The notes beneath the pieces were generated by a model. It searched no databases. It saw only the letters and a program-made list of their open reading frames with translations, and had not been told where the DNA came from. A DNA stretch of 63,028 nucleotides, counting the filler, from Atractiella rhizophila (lineage: Eukaryota), in the NCBI GenBank assembly GCA_021432655.1. It is 24 parts of 24 records of this genome, joined end to end, with 100 filler letters (N's around TTAATTAATTAA, not from the genome) between each part and the next. Parts side by side here need not be neighbours in the genome. Positions count along the whole stretch, not along the records: positions 10,663 to 13,220 come from MU272659.1; positions 13,321 to 15,877 come from MU272660.1; positions 15,978 to 18,530 come from MU272661.1; positions 18,631 to 21,178 come from MU272662.1; positions 21,279 to 23,825 come from MU272663.1; positions 23,926 to 26,472 come from MU272664.1; 18 more parts are not named here. One strand, 5' to 3'. Position 1 is the first letter of the stretch. Each line of letters starts with the position of its first letter. Positions 12,796 through 24,914 of this stretch are shown piece after piece. The translations under genes and the position numbers were made by a program.

Positions 12796-13640
12796 TGCCT
12801 GAGCGATACAGGTATATATACGGAATACTTTCGAGCCTTGGCGCTAGATGTACCACGACGCCATGAAATATTTGTGTTCTTCTGCCCCGAGAGATAACTA
12901 GTACAATGTGGAATCCCATCACCAACATGGTTTGGTGTTGTCTACCAATCTTCGCAAACGCATTGATTTGGCGCTCATATTCTGTTTCTTAACTTTGAAA
13001 GAGTGTATAAAGATTGACTGGAGCAAGGTCATCTATTTCATCTAGATGTAAAGCTATGTTGGAAAAGGTTTAGCTGACATCTAGTTCGCTGCTATAAAAG
13101 GCATATTCATATAGGTCCCGTCCTGCCTAGCTATCATGAATGAAGGTGATTGTAAACAGCCATGGACTTATTGTATGCAATTAAATCAATCAAAGTCACT
13201 TCACTGCAATTAGCCTAATCNNNNNNNNNNNNNNNNNNNNNNNNNNNNNNNNNNNNNNNNNNNNTTAATTAATTAANNNNNNNNNNNNNNNNNNNNNNNN
13301 NNNNNNNNNNNNNNNNNNNNTGCGTATGCTAGTGAGATCAAACTATGACTCGCGGGATGGAATACTGATTGATTTAGGACATTTCATTTCTGCGCTGGCG
13401 TTTCGGTCAAGGCACGAAAGCAAAACGTGAGTCTATATAGTTCCTTTCTCTTCATCTTTTGCCCTGGCCACTCACCAAGCCATTGCCAATGCCATTTGCA
13501 GCGTTGACGTACTCCTGTATTTGCTTTGCAATTAGAAAGTCAGAAGCATGTCCCTCGGACATCAAGATATGGAAGCGGGCTATCCTTATTCTTGAACGCA
13601 TAATTCATTTGCACAAAGGAAAAGTCTGCATATTATCTTC

Positions 13641-15780
13641 TCAATGCTCGCCTGTCCCATCATAACACCAGAGCAGAAATCGTACCACAAAGCAAGAGGA
13701 CTTACACATGTTAAAATCTACCTGGAAAAACTTTTCATCGCTCTCCGTTATGAACGTCGACCTAACCACGCAGATGTCAGAATCAGTTTCATATGGACAT
13801 ATAAGCAGATGCGGACCGTTCATCAATTAGCTTTAATCGATCCTCCTTAGTCTCTTCCAGCGTGAAGAGGCCATCAATACTCTCCCCCACCTTCGCAAGT
13901 AGTTCATTTGGTAGCTGTTTCAGGGCGGAGTCAAGCGGTAATGCCTCCAACTCGCGAGTGTACCATTCTTTTTGCTGTGGTGGTACCTGACTTGTGTCCA
14001 ATACTTCCTCGTCCCCCGTCAAGTTAGGATCCGAGAGAAAGAACACCACGATCTTTCGATGTCCTGGCTTGCTAGGGTCGAGTAGAGAAAAGGACGACAC
14101 GCAATGCTGGTACAAGTTGGGGAAGGCGATGCAACGGCCAGCTTTTGTGTGAACGGAGCCAATCGGTTGGTTCAAGGGAGCGTTCCTTCCATTTACTTCG
14201 TGAGAATTAATTGGCGTGAAGAAGATCAGAAGGACCTACGCAGTGAAGCCCCAGTTATGGATGCATCCTTTTTCGTCAGCCTGTTCGTGATGCGGCTAAC
14301 GATAGGGGTTCGATGTCACTATGAAGGAACGTGAGGAGACGAATTACATACCCTATCAGTGCGCCTTCGGAACGCCAATCTGCTCTCGCTCACATTCTCC
14401 TCCTCAACATACCAGATGCCAGTCGCCACGATCCTTTCGTTCCTCATCCCCTCAACATGCCACTTTCCGCCTTCATACGTCGGGTTCTCCGGCGTCAAGT
14501 GAATGCTCGCAATCTTCACAATCACTTTTAACGTCTTCCCTTTCAGTGAAACGAAGGGCTGCTTAAATCGATGGACTCCATGTGGTGGGTATTCGGCAGG
14601 AACGTCAGAAGGGATGACCTCGCTTTCTTCAATCGCTTTCTGTTCGATCTGCCAGAACTGCTCATATTCCATATTGGAGTCGAAGGTGGGCTTAGTCCCA
14701 TCTTCTGTGTTCCAGATGGTGGTGTAAGACATGACGTTGATCCGCCTCTTCATTCCTTCTTTCAAATCGCTCAACACCCGTTCGAAAAGTGGGATGAAAA
14801 GCGGAAACATGAGCACGATGCATGCGTACATATCGGCATGTTGCTTGGGGTGCAAGTTATTGATGTAGCTCGCAATGCGGCAGGATTGTCCATCTGTGGA
14901 TATCTCAAAAGGAGTAGGCAGCCAAGCAAAGTTTTGGCTGAGAGAATAAGTTGGATCACCTTCTCCATATGTCGTTTGATCTTCCGCTGGTGGTTTGAGC
15001 ACCGGAGGCTCTACTGGGCGTAGAGTTCCGCCATTCCTCTCGGATAGTGGAACGGAGGAGGACCAATGTAAAGTCTTCCCGTAAACGATAGGATACAGGG
15101 AAGGATGAACGATATCAAGTACTTGATGGTTTGACCTAGGGTGCCAGTCCTTTTCTGTATCGGGAATGTCTTCAAGCACTTTGAGGGCGGATAAGAACGA
15201 TGAACGAAGTGGAAACTGTATGAGAGTATCGCTCTGATAAATGTTGTCGGCGCAAGAAACCTGCATTCAAATAAACACGTTTCAGAAGAGCTAAAGAGTG
15301 TTAGAACAGTAAACGCACTTCGATTCCTTCTCCTGTACGCATCGCGTCGTATTCCTCTGTTCATTTACTGCCATTAGCCATTGCAAACAACGACGGGAGG
15401 GAGTTGGACATACCTAGTTCCCTTAACACCCAGTCAACAGCCTGCTCACTCAATCTCCTACTAACTTCCAACACCTCTATTTCCTGCGCCAACGCCTCCT
15501 CTCTCCACTTGTCCCTTATCTCTTTGCTCCTATATTTTTCCCACCATTTCTCCTTCTCCCTAATCGACGCGCTCAGCAGTACCATCCTTAGCTCCGTAAG
15601 ACACATCAAGTCCTCTTCCCACACATCCAGCTCCTCCGCGTCGAGGAAAGGATGGGGATATGGAGCCGACAGCGTGTTGGGCGAAGGAGGACGCGGTGGC
15701 TCATTTTGCTGAGAGGTGTTCTCAGGTTTGAAGGAAGCATAAAAAGCGGGTGGATGATAGGTGTAGCCTGTTCGGGTCAT
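13641..15780 (-). CDS. DUF4246 family protein (complete, multi-exon)
   Basis: TELRM..LS..IREKEKWWEK, KDWHP.S..QVLDIVHPSLYP, KVIVKIASIHLTPE.P.Y.GG.WHVEGM.NE.IVAT, GRCIAFPNLYQH, GHRKIVVFFL.DP; spliced C-terminus FNMCEH*. Confidence 0.92.
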
Positions 15781-15977
15781 AGCTAGGCTGACTGCACGAA
15801 AGCTTGATCCTCTATGGGAATTGTCCCTGAGGCTAGCAGAAGAGGCTGTTTATGAGGCGATAAGGACAGACCGTCGCNNNNNNNNNNNNNNNNNNNNNNN
15901 NNNNNNNNNNNNNNNNNNNNNTTAATTAATTAANNNNNNNNNNNNNNNNNNNNNNNNNNNNNNNNNNNNNNNNNNNN

Positions 15978-17747
15978 ATGGAGCCTGTGAGGAGGTAAAA
16001 GATGAGGGATCTGTACGTCGAATAGCGTGTGTGGGTGATTGGGATCTGTTTGATTCGGTTCCCTCCTCCTCCTCCAGTCGGTGGTGGATTCTATGTTCCA
16101 CAACCAAGTATTAGAATCCGCACATAATACTTGCTCTGAGGATTCAGATGCGGGAGAACGGACGTATGACTTCAGATATTCCCTGTCGACTTCCACGTCC
16201 GAATCATCCTCGTCCTCCACCTCGCCTTCATCTTCATCCTCAAATGTTGACCCGTCGCTCTGGAAATCCATTCTTGAGCTATTCCGCCGCAATGTTTTCT
16301 CGCCTGGGGCAGGAGAAAAGTAAGCTGATCCTTCGCCCATTGCTTTACTATGGTAGGCAAGCGGCTCCGATGAAGAATAGGAAGAGGCGGCTGAGTTGTC
16401 GTCGAGGTCTGCTTCTCACTCGTTAACATAATAGACGAGGAGTAAGGTAATGAGCCAGTGAAAGAGTCGAACCTTCATCACTGTCCCCCCCTTTAACAGT
16501 TGGTTCCAATCCTTCTCTCATCCCACTATCGAACACTATGACCAATGTTAATGTCAGAATGCAACATGAAGAGGGGAAATGAAACTGAAGCAAGGCAAAA
16601 GAACTCACTGAGACCAAAATACTCCGAAAAAGCCGCCAACGTCCTCTTCTGACTATAAACTTTCATCTCCTTCACCTCCTCCTCCACCCCATTTCCCTTC
16701 AAGGTCGTTCCAGCCGGGAGATTAAAGACGAAAGCGACATCCGCCAGCTCATGATTGTCGAACACACCCAGGGCCAACGTCACATTTCTCCTTTGTTCAG
16801 CTTGCAACCTGCCCTCGAGGTCTTCGATCCTTTTCGGAGGATGATCCATCCATGAACCCCCCTCCACGATTTTGACGATCATGATGAGAGAGTCCTGCAC
16901 CAACATCGTCAGCCACATTGACTGGGCTGTCTCCCACAGGGAGGACGAGAGAGTTTGTTCGTCACTCACAGTCGCCCTAACGTCCGCATGCGTGGTCCAA
17001 GGCTCGATGGCGGGACTCCTAACGAAGGAGCGTCGTCCATAGGACGAGTTCGCCTGAGTGAAATCCTTCGGATGTCCATCGTGCGTCTTGAGTTCATCAC
17101 GGGAGATGGGGTATCGCAACTGTCCATCCCGTGCCATCAGCGGTTTGCAGGAACAGGAGGGGGGATGCGTGTGATGCGTACGGAGAAGGAATAGCCGCTT
17201 ATGGATCGTGTCCACTTTTTTGTCTGCGGATCCACTTCTGATGGTGTCGGGAGAGCGTTTAAGAAGACGTCGATTTCTTGAGAGGCGTTTGTGTTTAATC
17301 GCACCTGCATCACATCATCAGTCAAACGACAAAGGACAACTACACTTCTAGCTCATAGCACGCATCCAATGGAAACACGGAGCAGAGAAGATAGAGCTTC
17401 CAAGCGAGGAGGCATGTGATGGGGGAAGAAAGGGAGAAGAAGAAGACGCACCAGCCACCGTCCACCTCCAAAAGGTGGACTCTTAATCTTCGTCGGGTTC
17501 TCCAATAACTTGGAAACGTCAGGGATGGTCCACACGTATTCTATCTCTGTCGGCTTTTGGTCGTCAGGAACAAGTACATGCACATCAGTCGAAATGCACA
17601 ACAAGCGAATGTCAAGCGAGAAGGTGAAAAGGGAACAGGGAAACGGACCTGCGCAATCGTTGTACCGTATGGATAAATCTTTGTAGCCTTGTTCTCTTCC
17701 ACATTCGCATTTGCGGTTGCGACTGGCGCAGGAGGGTCGACTTCCAT
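15978..17747 (-). CDS. MATH (TRAF-like) + BTB/POZ domain protein (3' truncated, multi-exon)
   Basis: YVWTIPDVS...SPPFGGGRW, IDVFL, SSYGRRSFV (MATH); then ADVAFVF...VYSQKRTLAAFSEYF...FDSGMREG (BTB) and an acidic linker. Start codon uncertain. Confidence 0.75.
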
Positions 17748-20700
17748 GCCTTGGTGACTTGTGCCTATGATTCGTTCCGGAGCGTGATGGCTCCTTGATG
17801 GTTTAACCTGTGATTGGACGCTGGGGAAGGAGTCTGGGAGGCTGGAGAGGCTGGGAGCTACAGTGCAACGGTTAACGTCCAGAACGGAGAAGTTGAAAGA
17901 CAAGGGCAATGTTTTGGTTCCGGATTTCCTCTTCTGGAACCGCAATCTTGGTTCGAGAATACGTTTCCTCTCACGCTCCAGTGGATGTGTCCTGCATTTG
18001 CAGGAGGCAATTGGCTTTGTAGATTAAGACGGTCCTATTCTAGACCAGGTTATTGTTACTAGTTACGGGGTCGGTATCGAAATATACTGGAGGGAGAACC
18101 AGTTGCAGCGTTTTCTTCTCAGAGCGGTTTCACGCAACAGCATTGCTATTCAAACTCTTAAGAAATGTGACCTTTGTGTCCACCGTGCTTGTTGGAGTTG
18201 GAGTTTTATGGTTGCTTCATCACTCCACCGCACATTCCTGACACCCATCCCCATCTCAGGTGAGTCCATCGTATTCACCTTCGTTTACTTGTAGATCTAC
18301 ATCAATGAGGATGATTTCAGTTATCAGGGCTGACTGGAAAGGCAAACGAAATATGTACCGTGAGTGCCAGGATAACAACTACGAGTCTGATGTCTGATTG
18401 TACGTTAAGTTTCAAATGGAGAGGCTGTCTTCCACTTAGAATACATGTCCTCAGCATATTTCTAAGGACACCTGAAATATACATAGGAAACAAGCTGATT
18501 CCAGTATAAATCTAGCACAAGGGAGGATGANNNNNNNNNNNNNNNNNNNNNNNNNNNNNNNNNNNNNNNNNNNNTTAATTAATTAANNNNNNNNNNNNNN
18601 NNNNNNNNNNNNNNNNNNNNNNNNNNNNNNTTGTGTGGATGGTTCTTGGGTTGAGAGTGCTGGAGGTGGATCTGGGGCATTCGGGGAAGCTGGTATGTTG
18701 TCTCCTTGCGTTTCTGTGATCATTGTAATCGGTTCTGTCGGGATTTCAATATCTTTTCCATCTGAGTCTTTAAAGACATAGTTGCGAGAGACGAGGACCT
18801 TTCCGTTTCGAGGATTGAAGTACCTTATTGCTTTGGGACCATCTTCATACCCAACAAAAACCACTTTGATTGATTTCGGATCAAACTTTGATCTTTCTAG
18901 CCTTTCATCCAGCACCCATACATCCGCTCCAAACTCTTCAAGGTGCTCTACTTTCAGTTTCTTCAAGGTCCAGGCTTGGTGAGGAGTCTCCTTCTTGAGA
19001 GCTCGGGTGAGCGACCGGTTCCTAAGGTAAGCCGCATGTTTGACTGCTTCAGCCCACAGTTTTGGACTGAGATTCTTTGTGATTAGCATCGCACGTGCGG
19101 TTCATTCGTTCCACAAGGCCAAGTTGTTGGTGCGAGTGTGGTGTGGTGAGTTCTAGCTTAATTCCTTTTCCTCTTTCTAACCAGTCCTTGACTTTTTCGT
19201 TTAGATATTCCGTTCCTCGATTGATGCGAATTCGTTTCGGAGTACATTCGTACTTGCGCTCGACGAGGTGGACGTAGGCTTGAATGCGCGCGAGCGCTTG
19301 ATCCTTCGAGGACATAAAGAGGACGGTTGTGTGCCACGTGCAATCGTCCGTGAACGAGATGTAGCATCGGGATCCGCCGTACGAAGGAACGCGAGAAGGT
19401 CCCCACACATCTGAGTAAGTAAGTTTTCCGGGCGTCTCCGATCACTTTGACGCTTCTTGTGGGTAGGCTCCGTGTGCCTGTTTCGCTTGGATGCAGGCCT
19501 CGCACTGCGAAGGTGAGCTGCTCTCATCCACTTCCATTCCTTCCACTAACCCTTTTCCATGCAGCTCCTTCAAAGTCTTCGGGTTGATGTGGCCGAACGC
19601 ACGGTGCCACACGTCCCACGTTCGCGCGCGTCTCCCTTCCGCCGTCATCGCTTTCTCACCCCCTCTTTCCACTGTTTCCAGTAAGTATAAGTTTCCTTTC
19701 TCCCTTCCTTCTCCTAGCAACTGATCATTCTTGTTGAACAGCTGCACCTTTCCTCCTCCGAAGACACCTTTGCCGCCGGCGTTGTCGAGTCGACTGATAG
19801 AGAGGAGGTTGTTGGGGCTGAAGGTGCATACAAGGTTTCTTTGAGCGTCATAACGGCTGTTTGATCGCCTGTTTGGACAGGTAGCTCGTACGTTCCACGC
19901 ATTGTTGCGTCGATGAGTGTTTTCGAGAGACCATGGATCTTGAAATTGGATAGAGGTATGCAGCTTTCTTTGATGAAACCCGTCAAGTCGTTACTGATAT
20001 GCGATGTTGTTCCAGAATCGGCGAGCCACACGCTCTTGGAGAGCATGCTATCGAAAATGCTCCTGCACATTGAATGCGGAGTCAGCGAGTGCATTGTTTA
20101 TGTTCGACGTTTGCGCCGTTCCTTGGTACGCTTTTTCCCTTTTTCTTCCATTGTTATTTCCTGGCCCTTGGCCTTCTTTTCCGCCTCCCTTTGCCCAGCA
20201 TTCTGCTCTAACATGTCCCTTCTTGTGACAGTTAAAACATTCGATGTCAGATTTGTCTCCACCTCCTCCTCCTGCCTTCAGTTTCGACGCCCTTTTCCTT
20301 TCGCAAACAGCGCTGTCTCTAGCTCCCGATTTCTCTTCTCCTTCCTCCGCCTCTCCTCTTCGATCAGCAATGCCGATAGTTCGTAGGAAGATAGGGTTTG
20401 TTGGTTGAAGTTTGCACCGAAATAAGCGGAAGTGAATGTGTCCCAGGATTCGGGAAGTGATGTGATAAGGAGGAAAGCGAAATCTTCGTCTTTCAAGATG
20501 TCCCCATCAAGGCAAGTTCTTCCTGAACTCCTCTGAATGCGGAGGTGTGTTCCACCATACTGAATCCTTCCTCAGCATACGAGCGATACAACCATCTCCT
20601 CGCTGCCAGGATTCCCATTATCCCTTTCTCCTCTTTCACCGCCCACAACTGCGTCCACATCTCCGCCGCCGTCTTCGCGCCAGCCAAATGGATCAGTTTG

Positions 20701-21064
20701 CCATCGGTTATCGTCAACTCGATGCACGTCTGGGCCTTGGCGTCCTTCATCGCCCATGCGTCAATCTCGTCTTGGTTCGATATGGTGTCTTCTGCACCTT
20801 CTCCGCTTTTCACCACGACTGGTGTAGGTCTTTTCTTTTTTCCGTTAACGTAGTCTAACAAATTGAGTTCTCGCAGGACGGCTGTGATGCGTCTCTTGTA
20901 CGCCACCCAGTTATTCGACTTCAGCGGTTCGATCTTAAACGCGTTAAAGGATTCCGACATGGTTACGAGGTGCTGCTAGCGGGGATTGGTGTGTTATGCG
21001 TGTTTTGGTTCGTGCTTGGCTGGTAGGGTGCTTCTTTTTCTTCTTTCGTGTCTATGAGCTCGTT

Positions 21065-21076
21065 GGGCTCATAACC
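21065..21076 (-). promoter_or_regulatory. Primer-binding site GGTTATGAGCCC (tRNA-iMet anticodon-arm priming)
   Basis: Complementary to GGGCUCAUAACC of fungal initiator tRNA-Met; directly follows the LTR-terminal CA. Confidence 0.85.
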
Positions 21077-21178
21077 TGTTGTAATTGTGGAATTGCAATG
21101 ATTATTATTTCGCCTTTTTGAGCCTTTATATATTTGTAGAAACATTATTCTAGAACATTCAAGAAAAGTAAGATAGTG
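21077..21178 (-). repeat. 3' portion of the 5' LTR of the copia element
   Basis: Ends ...ACAACA immediately before the PBS; contains TATATAAA. Confidence 0.75.
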
Positions 21179-21278
21179 NNNNNNNNNNNNNNNNNNNNNN
21201 NNNNNNNNNNNNNNNNNNNNNNTTAATTAATTAANNNNNNNNNNNNNNNNNNNNNNNNNNNNNNNNNNNNNNNNNNNN

Positions 21279-21485
21279 ACGCCTGATAGCTCGGATTCGA
21301 AGGTCGAGTAGAAGTTGGTGGAGCCGGACGAGGCGGAGGAGAGGCAGAAGGAGTTGGTGAGGGTGGCAAAGACGCCGACGTCGGCAGAAGACTCGAAGCG
21401 GACGCCTGTTCCGTGGATAAAGAATACGTTACGCAACATGGAGATGGCAAATATGAGAAGAAGCAGGCGACGCACGGATGGCCAT
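21279..21485 (-). CDS. TIF6: Translation initiation factor eIF6, N-terminus (3' truncated)
   Basis: Spliced MAIR/VRFESSADVGVFATLTNSFCL...NFYSTFESEL. Confidence 0.9.
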
Positions 21486-22784
21486 TCTTTTAGATCGAAG
21501 CAGCAATCGGGCACGTGAGATAAAGGTGTGAGCGTGAATGGGCAAAGTGTTGGTGAGAGGGAGAGGCAGATCTGGTCAATGATCAATCAAGATTTTATCT
21601 TTTATCTCAGCGAGAAGGAGTCATCCGCCACCCGTCACTATGTTCCCGTAGTCATATACTACCGGCATCTGTGTCCGTTGAAGGCCTCCGGAAAGATTGA
21701 TCGGAGCGGAGATACCGTGCCGGAAGGCCGAGCGGAACGAAAATACGACATCACCTGATCTGAATCCGTGACTCCGTTCTACGGCAGGGGCGAATGCTCA
21801 AAAGAACGACCACGGCTCGCTTTGTGTGACCTCAAATCGTTGTCTTCAAGAGAGATTTAAGAAAAGTCGAAAAGGAGGAGTTTGGTTACTCGAACAAAGG
21901 TGCGTTTCTGCTTGGATGTGTAAAGAGGAGGCGATATTTCCAGGGGTTGGATGGTACCACTCCTTTCGAAGCTTTTCAGACTGCTCATAATGCAGCTTAA
22001 GTTGATTACTTGATTACTATGCAAGAATGGGTTACAGTGTTTCATTCTACGGATGGGGCGATTCCCTTACTCAATGTCCAAGGAGGAATGAATCGCATCC
22101 TCAACGTGAAATGAGCTCTTGTCTTGTTCACAAGCACATGCATTCGTTGACTTCTTTACTTGCTTTGATATTATCGGTGCCCTGCAGAGATGGGGGGAGT
22201 TGTTATGCTGCTCGTTGTTCCAAGAACGAGGGCAGACAAGAGCTTTACCTAAATATAGCGATCTGATCGTTCTTCTCCTTGTCCACAGGACGTCAGTCCA
22301 TTTTTGGTCTTTGATGGCTGCTAAACCTGCCTTCTGTTGGTGCACCAAGTTGCGAAGTGCCTTGTTGAGAGATGGGAAGTCGCAGAATGTCGAGAACTCT
22401 AAATCAACTCTTGCCTGGATTCTGGTGTGGGTGCGAAGAAGGACGGAAGAGTGCGCCAGTGATGAACGGTCAAAGTGGCCGTTTCTCTCAGTCCTGTTGG
22501 GCTCACCATCAGTTAGGGGAGGGACAAAGTGTTTGTTTGTGAAAGAGGCTTGTCATTTGTGCCATCTCACAGCCAGCTTTACCTGTGAGGGTCTAGACTG
22601 GATTTGCGTCCATTCGTGGACTCATTCTGGTTGTTGCTGGAGCAGTTATCAGAAAAATAGTCGCTGTGAATCTGATGCACAGAGAACTGCATCGGAGTCG
22701 CCACACAACTTGTTCATCACACTTTTATTTTTACATATGACGCCCATTCGCTGACTGCTTACTGCAAGTGTAGAAGTATTATTC

Positions 22785-23825
22785 ATGTCACGCAACCGCA
22801 CGTCAAACGTATATAGAGAGCCTAATCCGCTCAACGTCGCCATCCCCACGGGTCCCCCACCGCCATCGTACGAAATTGCCACCTCACCTGCCGCTCCTCG
22901 CTCACCAGAGGACTTTCGGATCCGAGGCAATCGCATCTCAGCCCGCGTCGTCAATCCCGATCCCCTCTCTCGCAACTCCTCCGTCAACCCACGCGTCAGT
23001 CCTCCGACATCTCCAATCTCGCCACAACCTCAACGACCCGATCCGCGTTCGCGCCATGGGAGGCAACAAAGCGTCGAAGATCCCCTCGCCTCCTTAGCCC
23101 GATACGACGTTGTATTCCTCGTCGACGATTCTCCAAGCATGGACGTTCTCTGGCCTGATGTGCAAGGCGCGCTGATGGGCGTTGCGGAACGATGTCTGCA
23201 ATATGACCGGGACGGATTGGACGTGTATTTCATGAATTCGGGCGAACAGTTGGAGTCCGCTCGAGACCCTCAATCGATCGAAAACCTCTTTCACTCCGTA
23301 CAACCCTTCGGTTCCACTCCGACAGGAATGCGTCTCGACGATCTCCTCCGTCCGTACGTCGATGCCCTCGAAGACGCCAAACGAGATGGAAAACCACGGC
23401 CCAAGCCGCTCCTCCTCCTCGTCATCACCGATGGACGTGCGGACGACCCTGACCTCGTCAAGGAGGTCATTGTCGAAATGGCGGGCAGATTGGACGACGG
23501 ACGGTTCCCCCCTTTCCAACTTGGAGTCCAGTTTCTACAGATCGGTGACGACCCGGATGCGGAGGAGTTCTTGAGGGAGTTGGACGACGACCTGAAGGCT
23601 GAACATGGCATTAGAGATATCGTTGACACCGTCTCATATCCTGGACGCGTTACAAGCGAATTCCTCCTGTATGTCATTCTCCCCTCTACTTTTTCGTTTA
23701 GTCAGACTGAGCGACGTTATGACAATAGGCAAGCGCTACTTGGTGCTGTGAATAAGAAAATCGATGCTCAAAATACTGAAGAACACACGGAGAAGAAAAG
23801 AAGAAGGAGCACTATGGACGAAAGA
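22785..23825 (+). CDS. Fungal von Willebrand factor A domain protein with Pro-rich N-terminus
   Basis: MIDAS motifs VFLVDDSPSM, STPTG, VITDG; DGLDVYFMN, GVQFLQIGDD, DIVDT. Confidence 0.88.
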
Positions 23826-24425
23826 NNNNNNNNNNNNNNNNNNNNNNNNNNNNNNNNNNNNNNNNNNNNTTAATTAATTAANNNNNNNNNNNNNNNNNNN
23901 NNNNNNNNNNNNNNNNNNNNNNNNNGTGGCGTCCGATAATGCCATCCAAAAGACTTCATGTCACCAATATTGAAGGGCCCTGGCACAGAATTCAAGGGAC
24001 TAAACACCCACTTCATGCTCGCTTGCGCAACTTGGAACAAAAGCGTTTCTTCTTAACAAAATGAAGTTCGACAAAGGGTCAACCCAAATGTTGATCGCTA
24101 AGACAAAGATCGTAAACTTCGAATTTGTCACATGTACATTTTGCTTCGTTGCCCGTTAGATCAATTGGAGCAGATTTGGCTCTTGCGAGACAGATTCCAG
24201 ATCTGTTCGCACAAGCCTCCCATCTGCAGCGCGCGAAAGAGGAGGCAAGTTCGAAGGAACTTCCTTGTTGCTAACCAAGTAAACACAACAGCTAATCAGG
24301 ACAATTGATCACACGATAGCAAACAATCCCATGTCCTACATGAAGGGTTCGAAAATCAGCTCAGACCACAACACTGAGAATTGCGATGTGTTCCACCGAA
24401 AGCACAAAATTCCTTTCTTCACGAT

Positions 24426-24914
24426 CTAGACAGACCTGAGCAACCGAAAAAAGAAACGCACCTCAGTATTACCCTTAACCTCCTCCGTCCACTCCTCCTC
24501 GCTCTCCGAACTGCTCTGTCCGTCCACCCTCTCAAAATCGCCGTCCCGACTATCACTATCACTATCGCTCTCCTCGGCACCCCTCCTTTCTCTCATCATC
24601 GCTCCCACCACGCTCTCCCCGTCGCTTTCCGCACCACTATCCACGCTCTCCCTCTCCCTCTCCCCCCTGATCGCCTGACTCAAGCTCCCAAAGCTCCTCC
24701 TAAAAGGACTCGGGGACACGCTCCGCGCTCGACTGTCCTTCTCCTTCGGCGTCCCGGGCCTCCGAGAACGTGATCCCGCGCGCGATCCTGAGCGGGAACC
24801 TGCGCCGTTGCCTGGAGAGAGCGGCGAGGGAAGGGCGTTCGAGGGAGAAGGCGCGGAGGTCGTCGGCGAGGACGAGGAGAAGGTGAGGACGGGGAGCGAT
24901 TTCAGCTTCTGCAT
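24426..24914 (-). CDS. Ser/Arg/acidic low-complexity hypothetical protein (3' exon uncertain)
   Basis: 162-codon ORF from ATG; GT donor after ..KGNTE. Confidence 0.55.
   Translation of the reverse strand: MQKLKSLPVLTFSSSSPTTSAPSPSNALPSPLSPGNGAGSRSGSRAGSRSRRPGTPKEKDSRARSVSPSPFRRSFGSLSQAIRGERERESVDSGAESDGESVVGAMMRERRGAEESDSDSDSRDGDFERVDGQSSSESEEEWTEEVKGNTEVRFFFRLLRSV

Larger units (their letters stand above)
18631..21178 (-). mobile_element. Ty1/copia LTR retrotransposon, 5' part, degenerate (partial LTR, PBS, gag, protease, integrase)
   Basis: gag from ATG 20960 (IEPL..NNW.AY), zinc knuckle CFNCHKKGHVRAEC, protease WLADSGTTSHI, WHRAFGH..CEACIQAKQ, integrase DVWGP..FTDD..G.EY..G.VERMNRT, LWAEAV, VFVGY. 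Several frameshifts. Confidence 0.96.

Noticed and set aside
21660..21725. CCGG-rich hairpin upstream of TIF6
   Set aside because: Explained by inverted CGG/CCG promoter-type words also seen in other intergenic regions; a single hairpin only.
21860..22754. 211-aa + strand ORF and minus-strand exon-like frames
   Set aside because: Non-ATG start, atypical composition and no motifs; the coding strand cannot be decided.
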